Source: an uncultured Gemmatimonadales bacterium (GTDB taxonomy: Bacteria > Gemmatimonadota > Gemmatimonadetes > Longimicrobiales > Gaopeijiaceae). Taken from it: a stretch of 64,000 nt of DNA. The stretch lies in the NCBI GenBank assembly GCA_963809895.1, contig CAWELD010000003.1, forward strand, positions 320,001 to 384,000. The letters are read 5' to 3'. Positions 52,307 through 62,402 of this stretch are shown piece by piece; position 1 is the stretch's first letter; each line of letters begins with the position of its first letter. The notes beneath the pieces are model-generated. The model was not told where the DNA came from. It saw nothing but the letters and a program-made list of their open reading frames with translations, and searched no databases. A program made the translations under genes and the position numbers.

Positions 52307-53368
52307 ATGGCGACCACGGAGCTCAGCGACCAGAAGCAGAAGGCCCTGAATACGGCCATCAGTCAGATCGAGCGGTCGTACGGCAAGGGCGCCATCATGC
52401 GCATGGGCACCGACGGCGCCAAGGTCCAGATCGAGGCGATCTCGACGGGTGCGGTCAATCTCGATGCCGCCATCGGGATCGGCGGGATTCCCCGCGGCCG
52501 CATCAGCGAGATCTACGGCCCCGAGTCGTCGGGCAAGACGACCATCTGCCTGCATGTCATCGCCAACGCCCAACGGGCTGGAGGCGTCGCCGCCTTCATC
52601 GACGCGGAGCATGCGCTGGACGTGAACTACGCCCGCAAGCTCGGCGTGGACGTGGACAATCTGCTCGTATCGCAGCCGGACACGGGCGAACAGGCGCTGG
52701 AGATCGCCGAGGTGCTCATTCGGAGCAACGCCATCGACCTGGTGGTCATCGACTCGGTGGCGGCGCTGGTCCCGAGGGCGGAGATCGAAGGGGAGATGGG
52801 CGACACGCACGTGGGTCTGCAGGCGCGTCTCATGAGCCAGGCGCTCCGCAAGCTCACCGGTGCCGTGAACCGGTCCAAGACCTCGGTGATGTTCACCAAC
52901 CAGATCCGCGAGAAGGTGGGGGTCATGTTCGGGAATCCCGAAACCACCTCCGGCGGACGGGCCCTCAAGTTCTACGCCTCGCTCCGCATGGACATCCGTC
53001 GTATCGGAGCGGTCAAGGACGGCCAGGACGTGGTGGGGAACCGCACGCGGGTCAAGGTCGTCAAGAACAAGTGTGCGCCGCCGTTCCGCCAGGCCGAATT
53101 CGACATCATGTACAACGAGGGCATCAGCCACCTGGGACTCCTGCTCGATCTGGGCTCGGAGCTGGAGGTGGTGGAGAAGTCGGGCGCCTGGTACTCGTAC
53201 GGAGACCTGCGCCTGGGGCAGGGCAAGGAAAACGCCCGCACCTTCCTCATGGAGAACCCCGACGTGGCCGAAGAGATCGACGGCCGCGTGCGGGCAGCCC
53301 TGGATCTTCCCGGTGGAACGCCATCCTCGGACGAGGACGGCGACGACGAGGACGCGTCGGACGACTGA
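52307..53368 (+). CDS. recA: Recombinase A
   Basis: [43 protein letters not shown] 52307. Confidence 0.99.
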   Translation: MATTELSDQKQKALNTAISQIERSYGKGAIMRMGTDGAKVQIEAISTGAVNLDAAIGIGGIPRGRISEIYGPESSGKTTICLHVIANAQRAGGVAAFIDAEHALDVNYARKLGVDVDNLLVSQPDTGEQALEIAEVLIRSNAIDLVVIDSVAALVPRAEIEGEMGDTHVGLQARLMSQALRKLTGAVNRSKTSVMFTNQIREKVGVMFGNPETTSGGRALKFYASLRMDIRRIGAVKDGQDVVGNRTRVKVVKNKCAPPFRQAEFDIMYNEGISHLGLLLDLGSELEVVEKSGAWYSYGDLRLGQGKENARTFLMENPDVAEEIDGRVRAALDLPGGTPSSDEDGDDEDASDD

Positions 53369-53400
53369 CCCGCACCCCTCCAGCGGCTCGGCTGTGCCTC

Positions 53401-53432
53401 GCGGGCCGGATCCCTCTGCGGGTCCGGCCCGC
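53401..53432 (+). terminator. Hairpin after recA
   Basis: gcgggccggatcc...gggtccggcccgc. Confidence 0.5.
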
Positions 53433-53528
53433 GGCGCGTTTGCCTCCGTCGAACCTCCCCGCGCTTCGGCCGTACCATTACCTTGAACACCACGCCATCT
53501 GGATAGCCATCTGCCCCCTGAGCTTGTC

Positions 53529-56171
53529 ATGAAGGCAGCCGAGATACGACAGCGCTTCCTGGACTTCTTCGAGGCCCGCGGCCACGAGGTCAGGCCCAGC
53601 TCGTCGCTCGTGCCCGCGGACGACCCCACGCTCCTCTTCACGAACGCGGGGATGGTCCAGTTCAAGAGGATCTTCCTCGGTCTGGAGGAGGTGCCCTGGT
53701 CGCGCGCGGTGACCTCGCAGAAGTGCGTGCGGGCCGGGGGAAAGCACAACGATCTGGAAGAGGTGGGCAAGACCGCTCGCCACCACACCTTCTTCGAGAT
53801 GCTGGGGAATTTCTCCTTCGGTGACTACTTCAAGCGCGAGGCTATCCGCTACGCCTGGGAGTTCCTCACCGAGGAGCTGGGGCTGGACGGGGATCGCTTG
53901 GTGGCCACGGTGCATCACACCGATGATCAGGCCGCCGAGCTGTGGCACGAGGAGGTAGGCGTCGATCCGGCACGGATCTTCCGCCTGGGCGACAAGGACA
54001 ATTTCTGGCAGATGGCCGATACGGGACCGTGCGGTCCGTGCTCCGAGCTCCACTACGACCTGCGGTCGGACGAGGAGCGGGCGGCTCCCCTCGATCGGGA
54101 CACCTTCGTGCGTCTGGGAGAGGAGGGTCGTTTCCTGGAGCTCTGGAATCTGGTCTTCATGCAGTTCGACCGCGACGAATCCGGCGAGCTCCACCCCCTT
54201 CCGGCGCCATCCATCGATACGGGTGCGGGGCTGGAGCGGGTGGCGGCGGTGCTTCAGGGCGTGGATTCCAACTTCCACATCGATCTGTTCCTCCCCCTGC
54301 TCGAGCGGGTGGCGGAAGTCGTGGGCCGGCCCTACGAGGCCGACACCGACGCCGGCGTCAGCTTCCGCGTGTTGGCGGACCACGCCCGCGCGGTGGCGTT
54401 CCTGCTCGCGGACGGCGTCTTCCCGTCCAGCGAGGGCCGGGGCTACGTGCTGCGGCGAATCCTGCGCAGGGCGGTGCGCCACGCCTGGTTGCTGGACCGG
54501 CGCGAGCCCACGCTGGTGGCCGTGGTGGACGAGGTCGTGGCCACCATGGGCGACGTCTATCCGGAGCTGGTCGAGCGACGGGAGCACCTCCTGACCACCA
54601 CCCGGGCGGAGGAGGAGCGCTTTCTCGCCACCATCGACGAGGGGCTGCAGCGGTTCGACGAAGTGGCTCCGGCCGGCCGCACCGGCACCATCTCGGGCGA
54701 CGACGCCTTCCGCCTGTACGACACCTACGGCTTCCCGCTGGACCTGACCGAGCTGATGGCCGAGGAGCGCGGCTGGACCGTGGATGAACCCGGGTTCGAA
54801 GCCGCCCTGGAGGCCCAGCGTCGACGGAGCCGGGCTGATCGCGCCGCGTCGAAGGTCACCGTGGAGGGAGCGGAGGACCTGTCGACCTGGACGGTGGCCG
54901 ACGAAGACGAGCAGGTCTTCGTGGGCTACGAGACCACCTCTGTGGAGACGGATGCGCTGGCGTGGCGCGCTAGCGGCGATCGCGTGGGGATGATCCTGCG
55001 GGAGAATCCCTTCTATCTGGAGAGCGGCGGTCAGATCTCCGACTCGGGCCGCCTCGAAGGCGAGGGCTGGGGGGTGACCGTGGACGAGGTCCGGCGCGTG
55101 GCGGGCCGCACGGCCCTGTTCGGCCCCCTCGAGGGCGCGCTTCCGGGCGAGGGTCCCATTCCGGTGCGCGCTTCGGTGGATCGGACGCTGCGGCACGATA
55201 CGGAGCGCAACCACACGGCGACCCACCTCCTGCACGCGGCGCTGCGGGGTACACTGGGCGAGCATGTCGTGCAGCGAGGCTCGCTGGTGGCGCCCGATCG
55301 GCTGCGCTTCGACTTCGCCCACACGGCGCCGATGACGCCGGAGGAGCGGGCCAGGGTGGAGCGGGACGTGAACCGCTCGGTGTGGGAAGATCGACCCGTG
55401 CTCATCGAGGAGATGGACCACGCGCACGCCGTGGCCCAGGGCGCCATGGCCCTCTTCGGTGAGAAGTACGGCGAACGCGTCCGGGTGGTGCGCATTCCCG
55501 AGGTGTCCATGGAGCTGTGCGGGGGTACGCACGTACGTCACACCGGCGAGATCGGGCTCTTCAAGATCGTCGGCGAGAGTGGCGTCGCCTCCGGCGTCCG
55601 CCGCGTCGAGGCCGTGACGGGGCCCGGCGCCTTCCGGTATTTCAGCGAGATCGAGGAGCGGGCACACGAGGCGGCGGGCGTGCTGCGAACCCAACCGGAC
55701 CATCTGGTGCAACGGGCGGAGCAACTGCTGGCCGAGAGGGAGAGTCTCGAAACACTTCTGGACGAGCTCCGCCAGGGCGGGGGCGCCGGCGAGAGCCTGG
55801 TGCGGGATACGTCCATCGAAGCCGACGGCCAGCCGGTCGTGTATCGGGCGGTGCGCCTCAAGGCCCGTGACGCCGATGACGCCCGCGCCTGGGGCGACGG
55901 CTTCCTGTCGTCGGAGAAGAGCGGCGTGGCCGTGGTGGCCGCGGAGTTCCCGGAAGACAAGCGCTCCTTCTTCGCCTTCGTGTCGGACGACCTCATCGGC
56001 CGGGGCATCCGAGCGGACGCCGTGGTACGGGCGGTGGCCGAGGTCACCGGAGGGCGTGGAGGCGGGAAGCCGCACATGGCGCAGGCCGGCGTGGGCGATC
56101 CGTCCAAGATCGACGAAGCGCTGGAGACCGGCGAGTCCGTGGTGCGGCGGCTCGCCCAGGGCGCGGGATGA
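53529..56171 (+). CDS. alaS: Alanine-tRNA ligase
   Basis: LFTNAGMVQFK, HHTFFEMLGNFSFGDYFK, NHTATHLLH, ELCGGTHV, GGGKPHMAQAG. Confidence 0.99.
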   Translation: MKAAEIRQRFLDFFEARGHEVRPSSSLVPADDPTLLFTNAGMVQFKRIFLGLEEVPWSRAVTSQKCVRAGGKHNDLEEVGKTARHHTFFEMLGNFSFGDYFKREAIRYAWEFLTEELGLDGDRLVATVHHTDDQAAELWHEEVGVDPARIFRLGDKDNFWQMADTGPCGPCSELHYDLRSDEERAAPLDRDTFVRLGEEGRFLELWNLVFMQFDRDESGELHPLPAPSIDTGAGLERVAAVLQGVDSNFHIDLFLPLLERVAEVVGRPYEADTDAGVSFRVLADHARAVAFLLADGVFPSSEGRGYVLRRILRRAVRHAWLLDRREPTLVAVVDEVVATMGDVYPELVERREHLLTTTRAEEERFLATIDEGLQRFDEVAPAGRTGTISGDDAFRLYDTYGFPLDLTELMAEERGWTVDEPGFEAALEAQRRRSRADRAASKVTVEGAEDLSTWTVADEDEQVFVGYETTSVETDALAWRASGDRVGMILRENPFYLESGGQISDSGRLEGEGWGVTVDEVRRVAGRTALFGPLEGALPGEGPIPVRASVDRTLRHDTERNHTATHLLHAALRGTLGEHVVQRGSLVAPDRLRFDFAHTAPMTPEERARVERDVNRSVWEDRPVLIEEMDHAHAVAQGAMALFGEKYGERVRVVRIPEVSMELCGGTHVRHTGEIGLFKIVGESGVASGVRRVEAVTGPGAFRYFSEIEERAHEAAGVLRTQPDHLVQRAEQLLAERESLETLLDELRQGGGAGESLVRDTSIEADGQPVVYRAVRLKARDADDARAWGDGFLSSEKSGVAVVAAEFPEDKRSFFAFVSDDLIGRGIRADAVVRAVAEVTGGRGGGKPHMAQAGVGDPSKIDEALETGESVVRRLAQGAG

Positions 56172-56464
56172 TGCCCAGCCCGTCGCTGGAGGTGTGGCTG
56201 CGGGGCAGGGTACCCCCGCCCCCGGCCACCTTTCGAGGCTTCGTGGAGCCGTCGCGCCCCGATGCGCTCGCCACTCCGGAGGCACTGGCCGAGGCGGGAG
56301 TGGAGGCGTTGCGCAGGGCCGAGGCCGATGAAGCGGCGGCCCACGGTGGTGCCTTCGAGCTTCTGGCCGCCGACGCGCTGATCACCTATGCCTGCGAGGC
56401 GGCGCTGGACGACGCCGACGTCGACGCCGCCCTGGCGCGGGTGCGGGCGGCACTGTCGAAATGA
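56168..56464 (+). CDS. Small hypothetical protein
   Basis: Overlaps both neighbours by ATGA; AFELLAADALITYACEAA. Confidence 0.65.
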   Translation: MMPSPSLEVWLRGRVPPPPATFRGFVEPSRPDALATPEALAEAGVEALRRAEADEAAAHGGAFELLAADALITYACEAALDDADVDAALARVRAALSK

Positions 56465-57291
56465 GCGCCGGCGAAGGGGCCGGCGTGGTCGATGTCCACA
56501 ACCACCTGGTTCCGGGCGTCGACGACGGAGCGCGGACGGTAGCGGACGCCCTGGCGGGCATCGAGCGCATGGTGGCGGCCGGCGTGCGACGGATCGCCAC
56601 GACGCCGCATCTGGACGCCTCGCTGGCCGAGGACCGACGGGCGTTGGACGCGCGTGTGGCGGCGGTCGAGCGAGCCTGGCAACCCGTGCGCGAGGAGGCC
56701 GCCACCCGCTATCCCGAGCTGGCGTTGGATCGGGGCTTCGAGATCCTGCTGGACGTGCCGGATCCACACCTTACCGACGCGCGGCTGCGACTGGCGGGGA
56801 CGCGCTTCGCGCTGGTGGAGTGGCGGGGGCCCCGGCTTCCCCGCGGCACGGTCGGCGTCCTGGCGGGCCTGACCGGATCCGGCATCGTGCCGGTCGTGGC
56901 GCATCCGGAGCGATACGCGCTGGGGCGCGACGTGGCTCTCGCCGAGGACTGGCGGGCGGCCGGGGCCTTGCTGCAGGTCAATCACGGCTCGCTGCACGGT
57001 CGCTACGGCAAGGAGGCCCGGGCCCGGGCGTTGGCGCTCCTGCGCGAAGGCTGGGTGGATCTCATGGCCAGCGACTTCCACGGACGCGCGCACCTGTCCA
57101 CCTACGTGGAGGAGACGCGCAACTGGTTCCAACGCCACGACGCCGAGGGCATCTTCCAGGAGCTGACCACGGTCAACCCTGGCAGGATCCTGAACGACGA
57201 GATGCCCATGCCCGTGCCCCCACTGGACGTGCCCCTGGGACCGCTGGAGCGGATCCGATCGTTCCTGAACCTGGATGGAGTGCAGACATGA
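56461..57291 (+). CDS. PHP-family protein-tyrosine phosphatase (CpsB/YwqE-like)
   Basis: DVHNHLVPGVDDGA, ATTPH, AHPERY, ASDFH. Confidence 0.9.
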   Translation: MSAGEGAGVVDVHNHLVPGVDDGARTVADALAGIERMVAAGVRRIATTPHLDASLAEDRRALDARVAAVERAWQPVREEAATRYPELALDRGFEILLDVPDPHLTDARLRLAGTRFALVEWRGPRLPRGTVGVLAGLTGSGIVPVVAHPERYALGRDVALAEDWRAAGALLQVNHGSLHGRYGKEARARALALLREGWVDLMASDFHGRAHLSTYVEETRNWFQRHDAEGIFQELTTVNPGRILNDEMPMPVPPLDVPLGPLERIRSFLNLDGVQT

Positions 57292-57872
57292 CGCAGGCGG
57301 ACGGTCCCCGGGCCCAGCTGCTGGAGTTGGCGGCGCTGGCTCGCGCCTCGGCGGATGCGCTGGACGCCGAGGTGGCCGAGATCTCGCGCCTCACCGAACA
57401 GGCGCTCCGTGACGGTCGGCGCTTGTTCTTCTGCGGCAACGGCGGCTCGGCGGCCGACGCGCAGCATCTGGCGGCCGAGTACGTGGTGCGGTTCCGGCGC
57501 GAGCGACGCCCGTTGCCCGCCATGGCCCTCACGGTGGACACCTCGGTGCTCACGGCGGGATCGAACGACTTCGGCTTCCAGGACGTCTTCGCGCGCCAGG
57601 TGCGGGCCCACGCGGGCCCGGGAGACATCCTCTTCCTGCACTCCACGAGTGGCCGGTCGCCCAACCTGTTGGCGGCGGCGGCGGCGGCCCGGGAGGTGGG
57701 GGCGACGACCGTGGCTTTTCTCGCCCGCGGCGGCGGTCCCCTCCGTGACGAGGTGGACGTGGCCATCGTGGTGCCGACCGATGTCACCGCCAGGGCCCAG
57801 GAGATCCATCTGGCGCTGGGACATATCGTATGTGACCAGGTGGACGCGGCGTTCGCGGGGGACGACGCGTGA
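57288..57872 (+). CDS. gmhA: Sedoheptulose-7-phosphate isomerase (SIS domain)
   Basis: CGNGGSAADAQH, NDFGF, STSGRSPN, QEIH. Confidence 0.93.
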   Translation: MTQADGPRAQLLELAALARASADALDAEVAEISRLTEQALRDGRRLFFCGNGGSAADAQHLAAEYVVRFRRERRPLPAMALTVDTSVLTAGSNDFGFQDVFARQVRAHAGPGDILFLHSTSGRSPNLLAAAAAAREVGATTVAFLARGGGPLRDEVDVAIVVPTDVTARAQEIHLALGHIVCDQVDAAFAGDDA

Positions 57873-58270
57873 GCGTCCGCGAGCACCTCGAACGCGCCAG
57901 ACGTCGCGAGAAGGCGCAGACCCTCTTCTATCGGGGGCTGGCGGCACGGGCCGAAGAGGCCGGACGGACCGGGGATGCCGAGCGCCTGAACGAGCTGCAC
58001 GCCGACGAACAGCATCACCTGTCGCGGCTCACGGCGCGCCTGCTGGAGTTGGGGGCGTCACCCGCCGACCTGGGCGACGTGACGCGGCCCAGCGCCGAGC
58101 TCGAGCAGTGGGAGAGCGTCGCACGGGCCCGGGAGGCAGCGGAGGTCGACCTCTACGAGAGCCTCCTCGGCGAGGAGCTGGACGCCGAGTCGAGGACGCT
58201 TCTGGAGGCCATCGTTCAGGTCGAACGGCAGCACCGAGACCATCTGGGCGGGAAGTGGACCAGGGCGTGA
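57869..58270 (+). CDS. Ferritin/rubrerythrin-like di-iron protein
   Basis: E..FY / DEQHH / E..LYE / ERQH ligand pattern. Confidence 0.75.
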   Translation: MSVREHLERARRREKAQTLFYRGLAARAEEAGRTGDAERLNELHADEQHHLSRLTARLLELGASPADLGDVTRPSAELEQWESVARAREAAEVDLYESLLGEELDAESRTLLEAIVQVERQHRDHLGGKWTRA

Positions 58271-58307
58271 GCAACTGTCGTGGAGCTGACAGCAGGAGCT
58301 TTGAGGC

Positions 58308-59072
58308 ATGAACGATCTGATGGACCTTTCCGGCAAGACCGCCCTCGTCACCGGCGGATCCCGCGGCGTGGGCCGCGCCACGGCGCTGCTGTTGGCCCGG
58401 GCCGGCGCAGATGTCGCCATCGGCTACCGTACCCGCCAGGACGACGCTCAGGCGGTGGTGGAGGCCATCGAGGGCCTCGGGCGCAACGCCTACGCCGAGG
58501 CCGGTGATCTCGCCAGAGCCGACGACGCCGAACGCCTCGTGCGCCGGACCGGAGAGGTGCTGGGCGCCATCGACATCGTCGTGGTGAACCACGGGATCTG
58601 GCCCGTGGAGGACGTGCCTCTGGCCGAGATGGACGAGGCCCGTTGGCGGCGGACGCTCGCCGTGAACCTGGATTCCGTCTTCTACCTGTGCCGGGCCGCC
58701 GCGCGGGTGATGCGCGACGACGGCCGCATCGTCCTGGTGAGCTCCACGGCAGGCCAGCGGGGCGAGGCGTATCACGGCGACTACGCCGCGACCAAGGGGG
58801 GCATGATCTCGCTCGTGAAGGGATTCTGCGTGGAGCTGGCTTCCCGGGGGATCACGGTGAACGCCGTGGCCCCGGGATGGATCGACACGGAGATGGTCGA
58901 CCCGGTCTTCGAGCGCGGCGACCGCCGCGCCATCGAGGCGGGGATTCCCCTGGGCCGGGTCGCCAGCGCCGACGACGTCGCCGGCCCCATCCTGTTCCTC
59001 TGCTCCGGGCTGGCACGTCACGTCACCGGCGAGATCCTGAACGTCAACGGTGGGGCGGTGTTGGTCGGGTGA
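58308..59072 (+). CDS. SDR family oxidoreductase (FabG-like)
   Basis: TGGSRGVG, YAATK, NAVAPGWIDT. Confidence 0.92.
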   Translation: MNDLMDLSGKTALVTGGSRGVGRATALLLARAGADVAIGYRTRQDDAQAVVEAIEGLGRNAYAEAGDLARADDAERLVRRTGEVLGAIDIVVVNHGIWPVEDVPLAEMDEARWRRTLAVNLDSVFYLCRAAARVMRDDGRIVLVSSTAGQRGEAYHGDYAATKGGMISLVKGFCVELASRGITVNAVAPGWIDTEMVDPVFERGDRRAIEAGIPLGRVASADDVAGPILFLCSGLARHVTGEILNVNGGAVLVG

Positions 59073-60445
59073 CGAGCGCCGGACGTCGGGACGATTCGGC
59101 AGAGCGGGGTCCCCGGCGGGACCTGCCCGCTCCGGATGCCGTGCGCTGGATCGCGCGCACCCTCGAGGAGGCCGGATACGAGACCTGGGCGGTGGGCGGC
59201 GCCGTGCGCGACGAGCTCCTGGGCGCGGTCTCCACCGACTGGGATTTCGCCACCCGCGCGCGCCCGGGCGAGGTGCGGCGGCTCTTCCGCCGGACGGTCC
59301 CCATCGGCATCGAGCACGGCACGGTGGGCGTGCTGGCGCGCGACGGGACCCTCTACGAGGTCACCACCTTCCGGAAGGACGTGGAGACCGATGGGCGCCG
59401 CGCCGTGGTGGACTTCGCCGACCGTATCGAGGACGACCTGGCGCGGCGCGATTTCACCATCAACGCCGTGGCCTGGCACCCCCTGCGGCGGCAACTCTAC
59501 GATCCCTTCGACGGCACCGCGGATCTGGAAGCCGGGGTGTTGCGAACGGTGGGCACGCCCGCCGATCGTTTTGCGGAGGACTACCTGCGCATCCTGCGCG
59601 CGCTACGCTTCGCCGGCCGGTTCCGACTCCGGATCGAGGCCGAGACGTGGCGCGCACTCACCCAGGGCACGGGGCACCTCACGCTGCTCTCGCCCGAGCG
59701 GGTGCGCGAGGAGCTCATGAAGGTGCTGGGCGGAGATCCCGATCCCTCGGTGTCCCTCGACCTGTACCGGAGCAGCGGCGTTCTCGCCGTGACCTACCCC
59801 GAGCTGGCGGCGCTGGCCCCGGCAGCGTGGACGGCGGCCCTGGCGGAGGTTTCGCTCCTGCCGGCGTCGCGGCCACTGCTTCGCCTGACCGCGCTGCTGT
59901 CCCGGATTGGCGAGCCGCCGAGCAGGGCCGACGATCCCGATCCCGATGCCGTGAGCGGCCTCTGCCCGGCCGATGAGGTGGCGGGACGCGGGACCGTGCG
60001 TGCGGCCGCGCTACTCACGCGGCTGCGTTTCTCCAATGCCCGGATCGGGCGGGTCACGGGCCTGCTCGCGGCCGGCACGGCACCCCCGGATGCCCGGTCC
60101 GACGAGGCGACGCTGCGGCGCTGGCTCTCGCGCCGGGACCCGTCGTGCCTACCTGATCTGGTACGTCTCTGGATCACTCGCTGCCGGGCCGGGGGCGGTA
60201 CGGACCCGGGTCCGGTGATCCGGCGCCTCAGGCGGATTCTCCGGGCACGCCCCCCGTTGAGCGTGGGGGACCTGGCGCTGAACGGGCGGGACCTGATTCG
60301 GCTGGGCCTTCGCCCGGGTCCCCGGTTCGGGCGCATCCTGGAGGCGCTGCTGGAGCGGGTCCTGGACGACCCCTCCAGAAACCGGCGTGAGTGGCTGGAG
60401 GCCGAGGCGCTGGCTCTGGCCGGGGCGGAGGAGGACGAGGCGTGA
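59069..60445 (+). CDS. cca: Class II tRNA nucleotidyltransferase (CCA-adding family)
   Basis: VGGAVRD, DWDFAT, RRDFTINA, EDYLRILRALRF. Confidence 0.88.
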   Translation: MTSAGRRDDSAERGPRRDLPAPDAVRWIARTLEEAGYETWAVGGAVRDELLGAVSTDWDFATRARPGEVRRLFRRTVPIGIEHGTVGVLARDGTLYEVTTFRKDVETDGRRAVVDFADRIEDDLARRDFTINAVAWHPLRRQLYDPFDGTADLEAGVLRTVGTPADRFAEDYLRILRALRFAGRFRLRIEAETWRALTQGTGHLTLLSPERVREELMKVLGGDPDPSVSLDLYRSSGVLAVTYPELAALAPAAWTAALAEVSLLPASRPLLRLTALLSRIGEPPSRADDPDPDAVSGLCPADEVAGRGTVRAAALLTRLRFSNARIGRVTGLLAAGTAPPDARSDEATLRRWLSRRDPSCLPDLVRLWITRCRAGGGTDPGPVIRRLRRILRARPPLSVGDLALNGRDLIRLGLRPGPRFGRILEALLERVLDDPSRNRREWLEAEALALAGAEEDEA

Positions 60446-61851
60446 GCGAGCTCGATCTCTTCGGTGGCCCGCACCCGCAGGGAGGATCCGGTACGGGTGG
60501 TGCGGGTCGGACCGGCGGGCCGTCGCCCGAGGGTGACGCACCGCTGGCGGCGCGGATGCGGCCCCGGACCCTGGAGGAGTTCCGGGGCCAGGAGCACCTG
60601 CTCGCGCCTGGAAAGGCGCTCCGCGCCATGCTCGATCGGGGGGTGCCGTCCAGCATGATCCTGTGGGGCCCCCCGGGCAGTGGCAAGACCACCCTGGCGC
60701 GGCTCATCGCCGGTGAGACGGACACGACCTTCGTCCCCTTCAGCGCCGTCACGGAGGGTATCGGCCGGGTGCGCGAGATCATCGCCGAGGCGGGTCAGCG
60801 ACTCCAGGCCACCGGCCGACGGACCATCCTCTTCTGTGACGAGATCCACCGGTTCAACAAGGCGCAGCAGGATGCTTTCCTGCCCCACGTGGAGGCGGGC
60901 ACGGTCATCCTCATCGGGGCCACCACGGAGAATCCCTCCTTCGAGATCGTGCGTCCGCTCCTCTCCCGCGCGCCGGTGTTCGTCCTCGAGGCGCTGGGTG
61001 TGGAGGACATCAGGCACATCCTCGATGCGACCCTCGACGACGAAGAGCGTGGGCTCGGCGCGTGGAAACTGCAGGTGGAGCCCGAGGTGCTGGATCGCGT
61101 GGCCGAAGAGGCGGACGGTGACGCCCGGCGCGCCCTGGGCATCCTGGAGGCGGGAGCGGCGCTCGTGGGTGAGGGCGGCGAGATCACGACCGAAGTGGCG
61201 GCGGAGGCGGTGCAGCACCGGTTCGCGGTGTACGACAAGGGCGGCGAGGAGCACTACAACCTCATCTCCGCGCTCCACAAGGCCGTGCGCGGCAGCGACC
61301 CAGACGGCGCGCTCTACTGGCTCGCCCGCATGCTGGCCGGTGGTGAGGACGGACTCTACATCGCACGGCGGCTGGTGCGCATGGCCTCGGAAGATGTGGG
61401 TCTGGCCGATCCGGTCGCCCTGCAGATCGCCCTGGCGGGCCGGGATGCCTTCCACTTCCTGGGTCCGCCGGAGGGCGAGCTCGCGCTGGCCGAGGTGGTG
61501 GTCTACCTGGCGACGGCTCCGAAGTCGAACCGCATCTACCGGGCCTGGTCCGAGGCGCTGGCGGCGGCGCGGGAGACGCCGGGCGAGGGCGTCCCCCTCC
61601 ACATCCGCAATGCGCCGACGGGACTCATGAAGGACCTGGGATACGGCAAGGGCTACCGCTACGATCCCGACGTCGAGGGTGGCGTGGCTCCCCAGCGGTA
61701 CCTGCCCGAGCGTCTGCTGGGACGCACCTTCTACGACCCCGGTCGCTTCGGGTTCGAGAAGACCCTGGCCGAGCGCATGCGCTGGTTCGCGGAGCGCCGC
61801 CGCGAGGCCGCCGCCCGCCAGGAGGAACCGCAAGAGGGCGGCTCCGGGTAG
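60442..61851 (+). CDS. rarA: Replication-associated recombination protein A
   Basis: [42 protein letters not shown]. Confidence 0.97.
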   Translation: MSELDLFGGPHPQGGSGTGGAGRTGGPSPEGDAPLAARMRPRTLEEFRGQEHLLAPGKALRAMLDRGVPSSMILWGPPGSGKTTLARLIAGETDTTFVPFSAVTEGIGRVREIIAEAGQRLQATGRRTILFCDEIHRFNKAQQDAFLPHVEAGTVILIGATTENPSFEIVRPLLSRAPVFVLEALGVEDIRHILDATLDDEERGLGAWKLQVEPEVLDRVAEEADGDARRALGILEAGAALVGEGGEITTEVAAEAVQHRFAVYDKGGEEHYNLISALHKAVRGSDPDGALYWLARMLAGGEDGLYIARRLVRMASEDVGLADPVALQIALAGRDAFHFLGPPEGELALAEVVVYLATAPKSNRIYRAWSEALAAARETPGEGVPLHIRNAPTGLMKDLGYGKGYRYDPDVEGGVAPQRYLPERLLGRTFYDPGRFGFEKTLAERMRWFAERRREAAARQEEPQEGGSG

Positions 61852-61859
61852 AGGGAGCC

Positions 61860-62354
61860 ATGAAGGCACATACCTCGCTCCGACTCGTCGCCGCCCTCGT
61901 GCTGTCGTGCTCCGGCGCCCTCGCGTGCGCGTCGCTGGTCAAGCGGCCGTCGGTCCGCGTGGCGGAGGTGGGCCTCGCGGACATCAGCCTCAACGGGGCC
62001 ACCGCCGAGGTCACGCTCCATGTGACCAATCCCAACGGGTTCTCCATGAACGCCAGGTCACTGGACTACCGCCTGGCCTTCCTGCCCCCGGAAATCCGGG
62101 ACAGCGCGGCGGCCGACGAGGACTGGCGTACCCTCGCCACCGGGACGACCCCCGATACGGTGCGTCTGCCGGCGAGAGACTCGACCTCGGTCACCGTGCA
62201 GATTCCTTTCGGGTATCGTGAGCTCGGCCAGGCCGTGGGCAGCTTTCTCCGAGAGGGCCGTCTACGCTATCGTTTCACAGGAGCCTTCGTCGTGGGATCG
62301 CCCGTGGGGGACTTTCGAGTTCCCTTCGATCGACGGGGACTCCTCGAACCCTGA
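61860..62354 (+). CDS. LEA type 2 / WHy domain lipoprotein
   Basis: Lipobox-like LAC; LHVTNPNGF. Confidence 0.8.
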   Translation: MKAHTSLRLVAALVLSCSGALACASLVKRPSVRVAEVGLADISLNGATAEVTLHVTNPNGFSMNARSLDYRLAFLPPEIRDSAAADEDWRTLATGTTPDTVRLPARDSTSVTVQIPFGYRELGQAVGSFLREGRLRYRFTGAFVVGSPVGDFRVPFDRRGLLEP

Positions 62355-62402
62355 ATCGGAGCCAGCCACATTCCGACGCAACTCATCGACAACCACCAAC
62401 CG

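Noticed and set aside
53478..56285. 935-aa minus-strand ORF (and similar shadows of lepA, glmS, ccmF, recA)
   Set aside because: Antisense shadows of well-supported genes.
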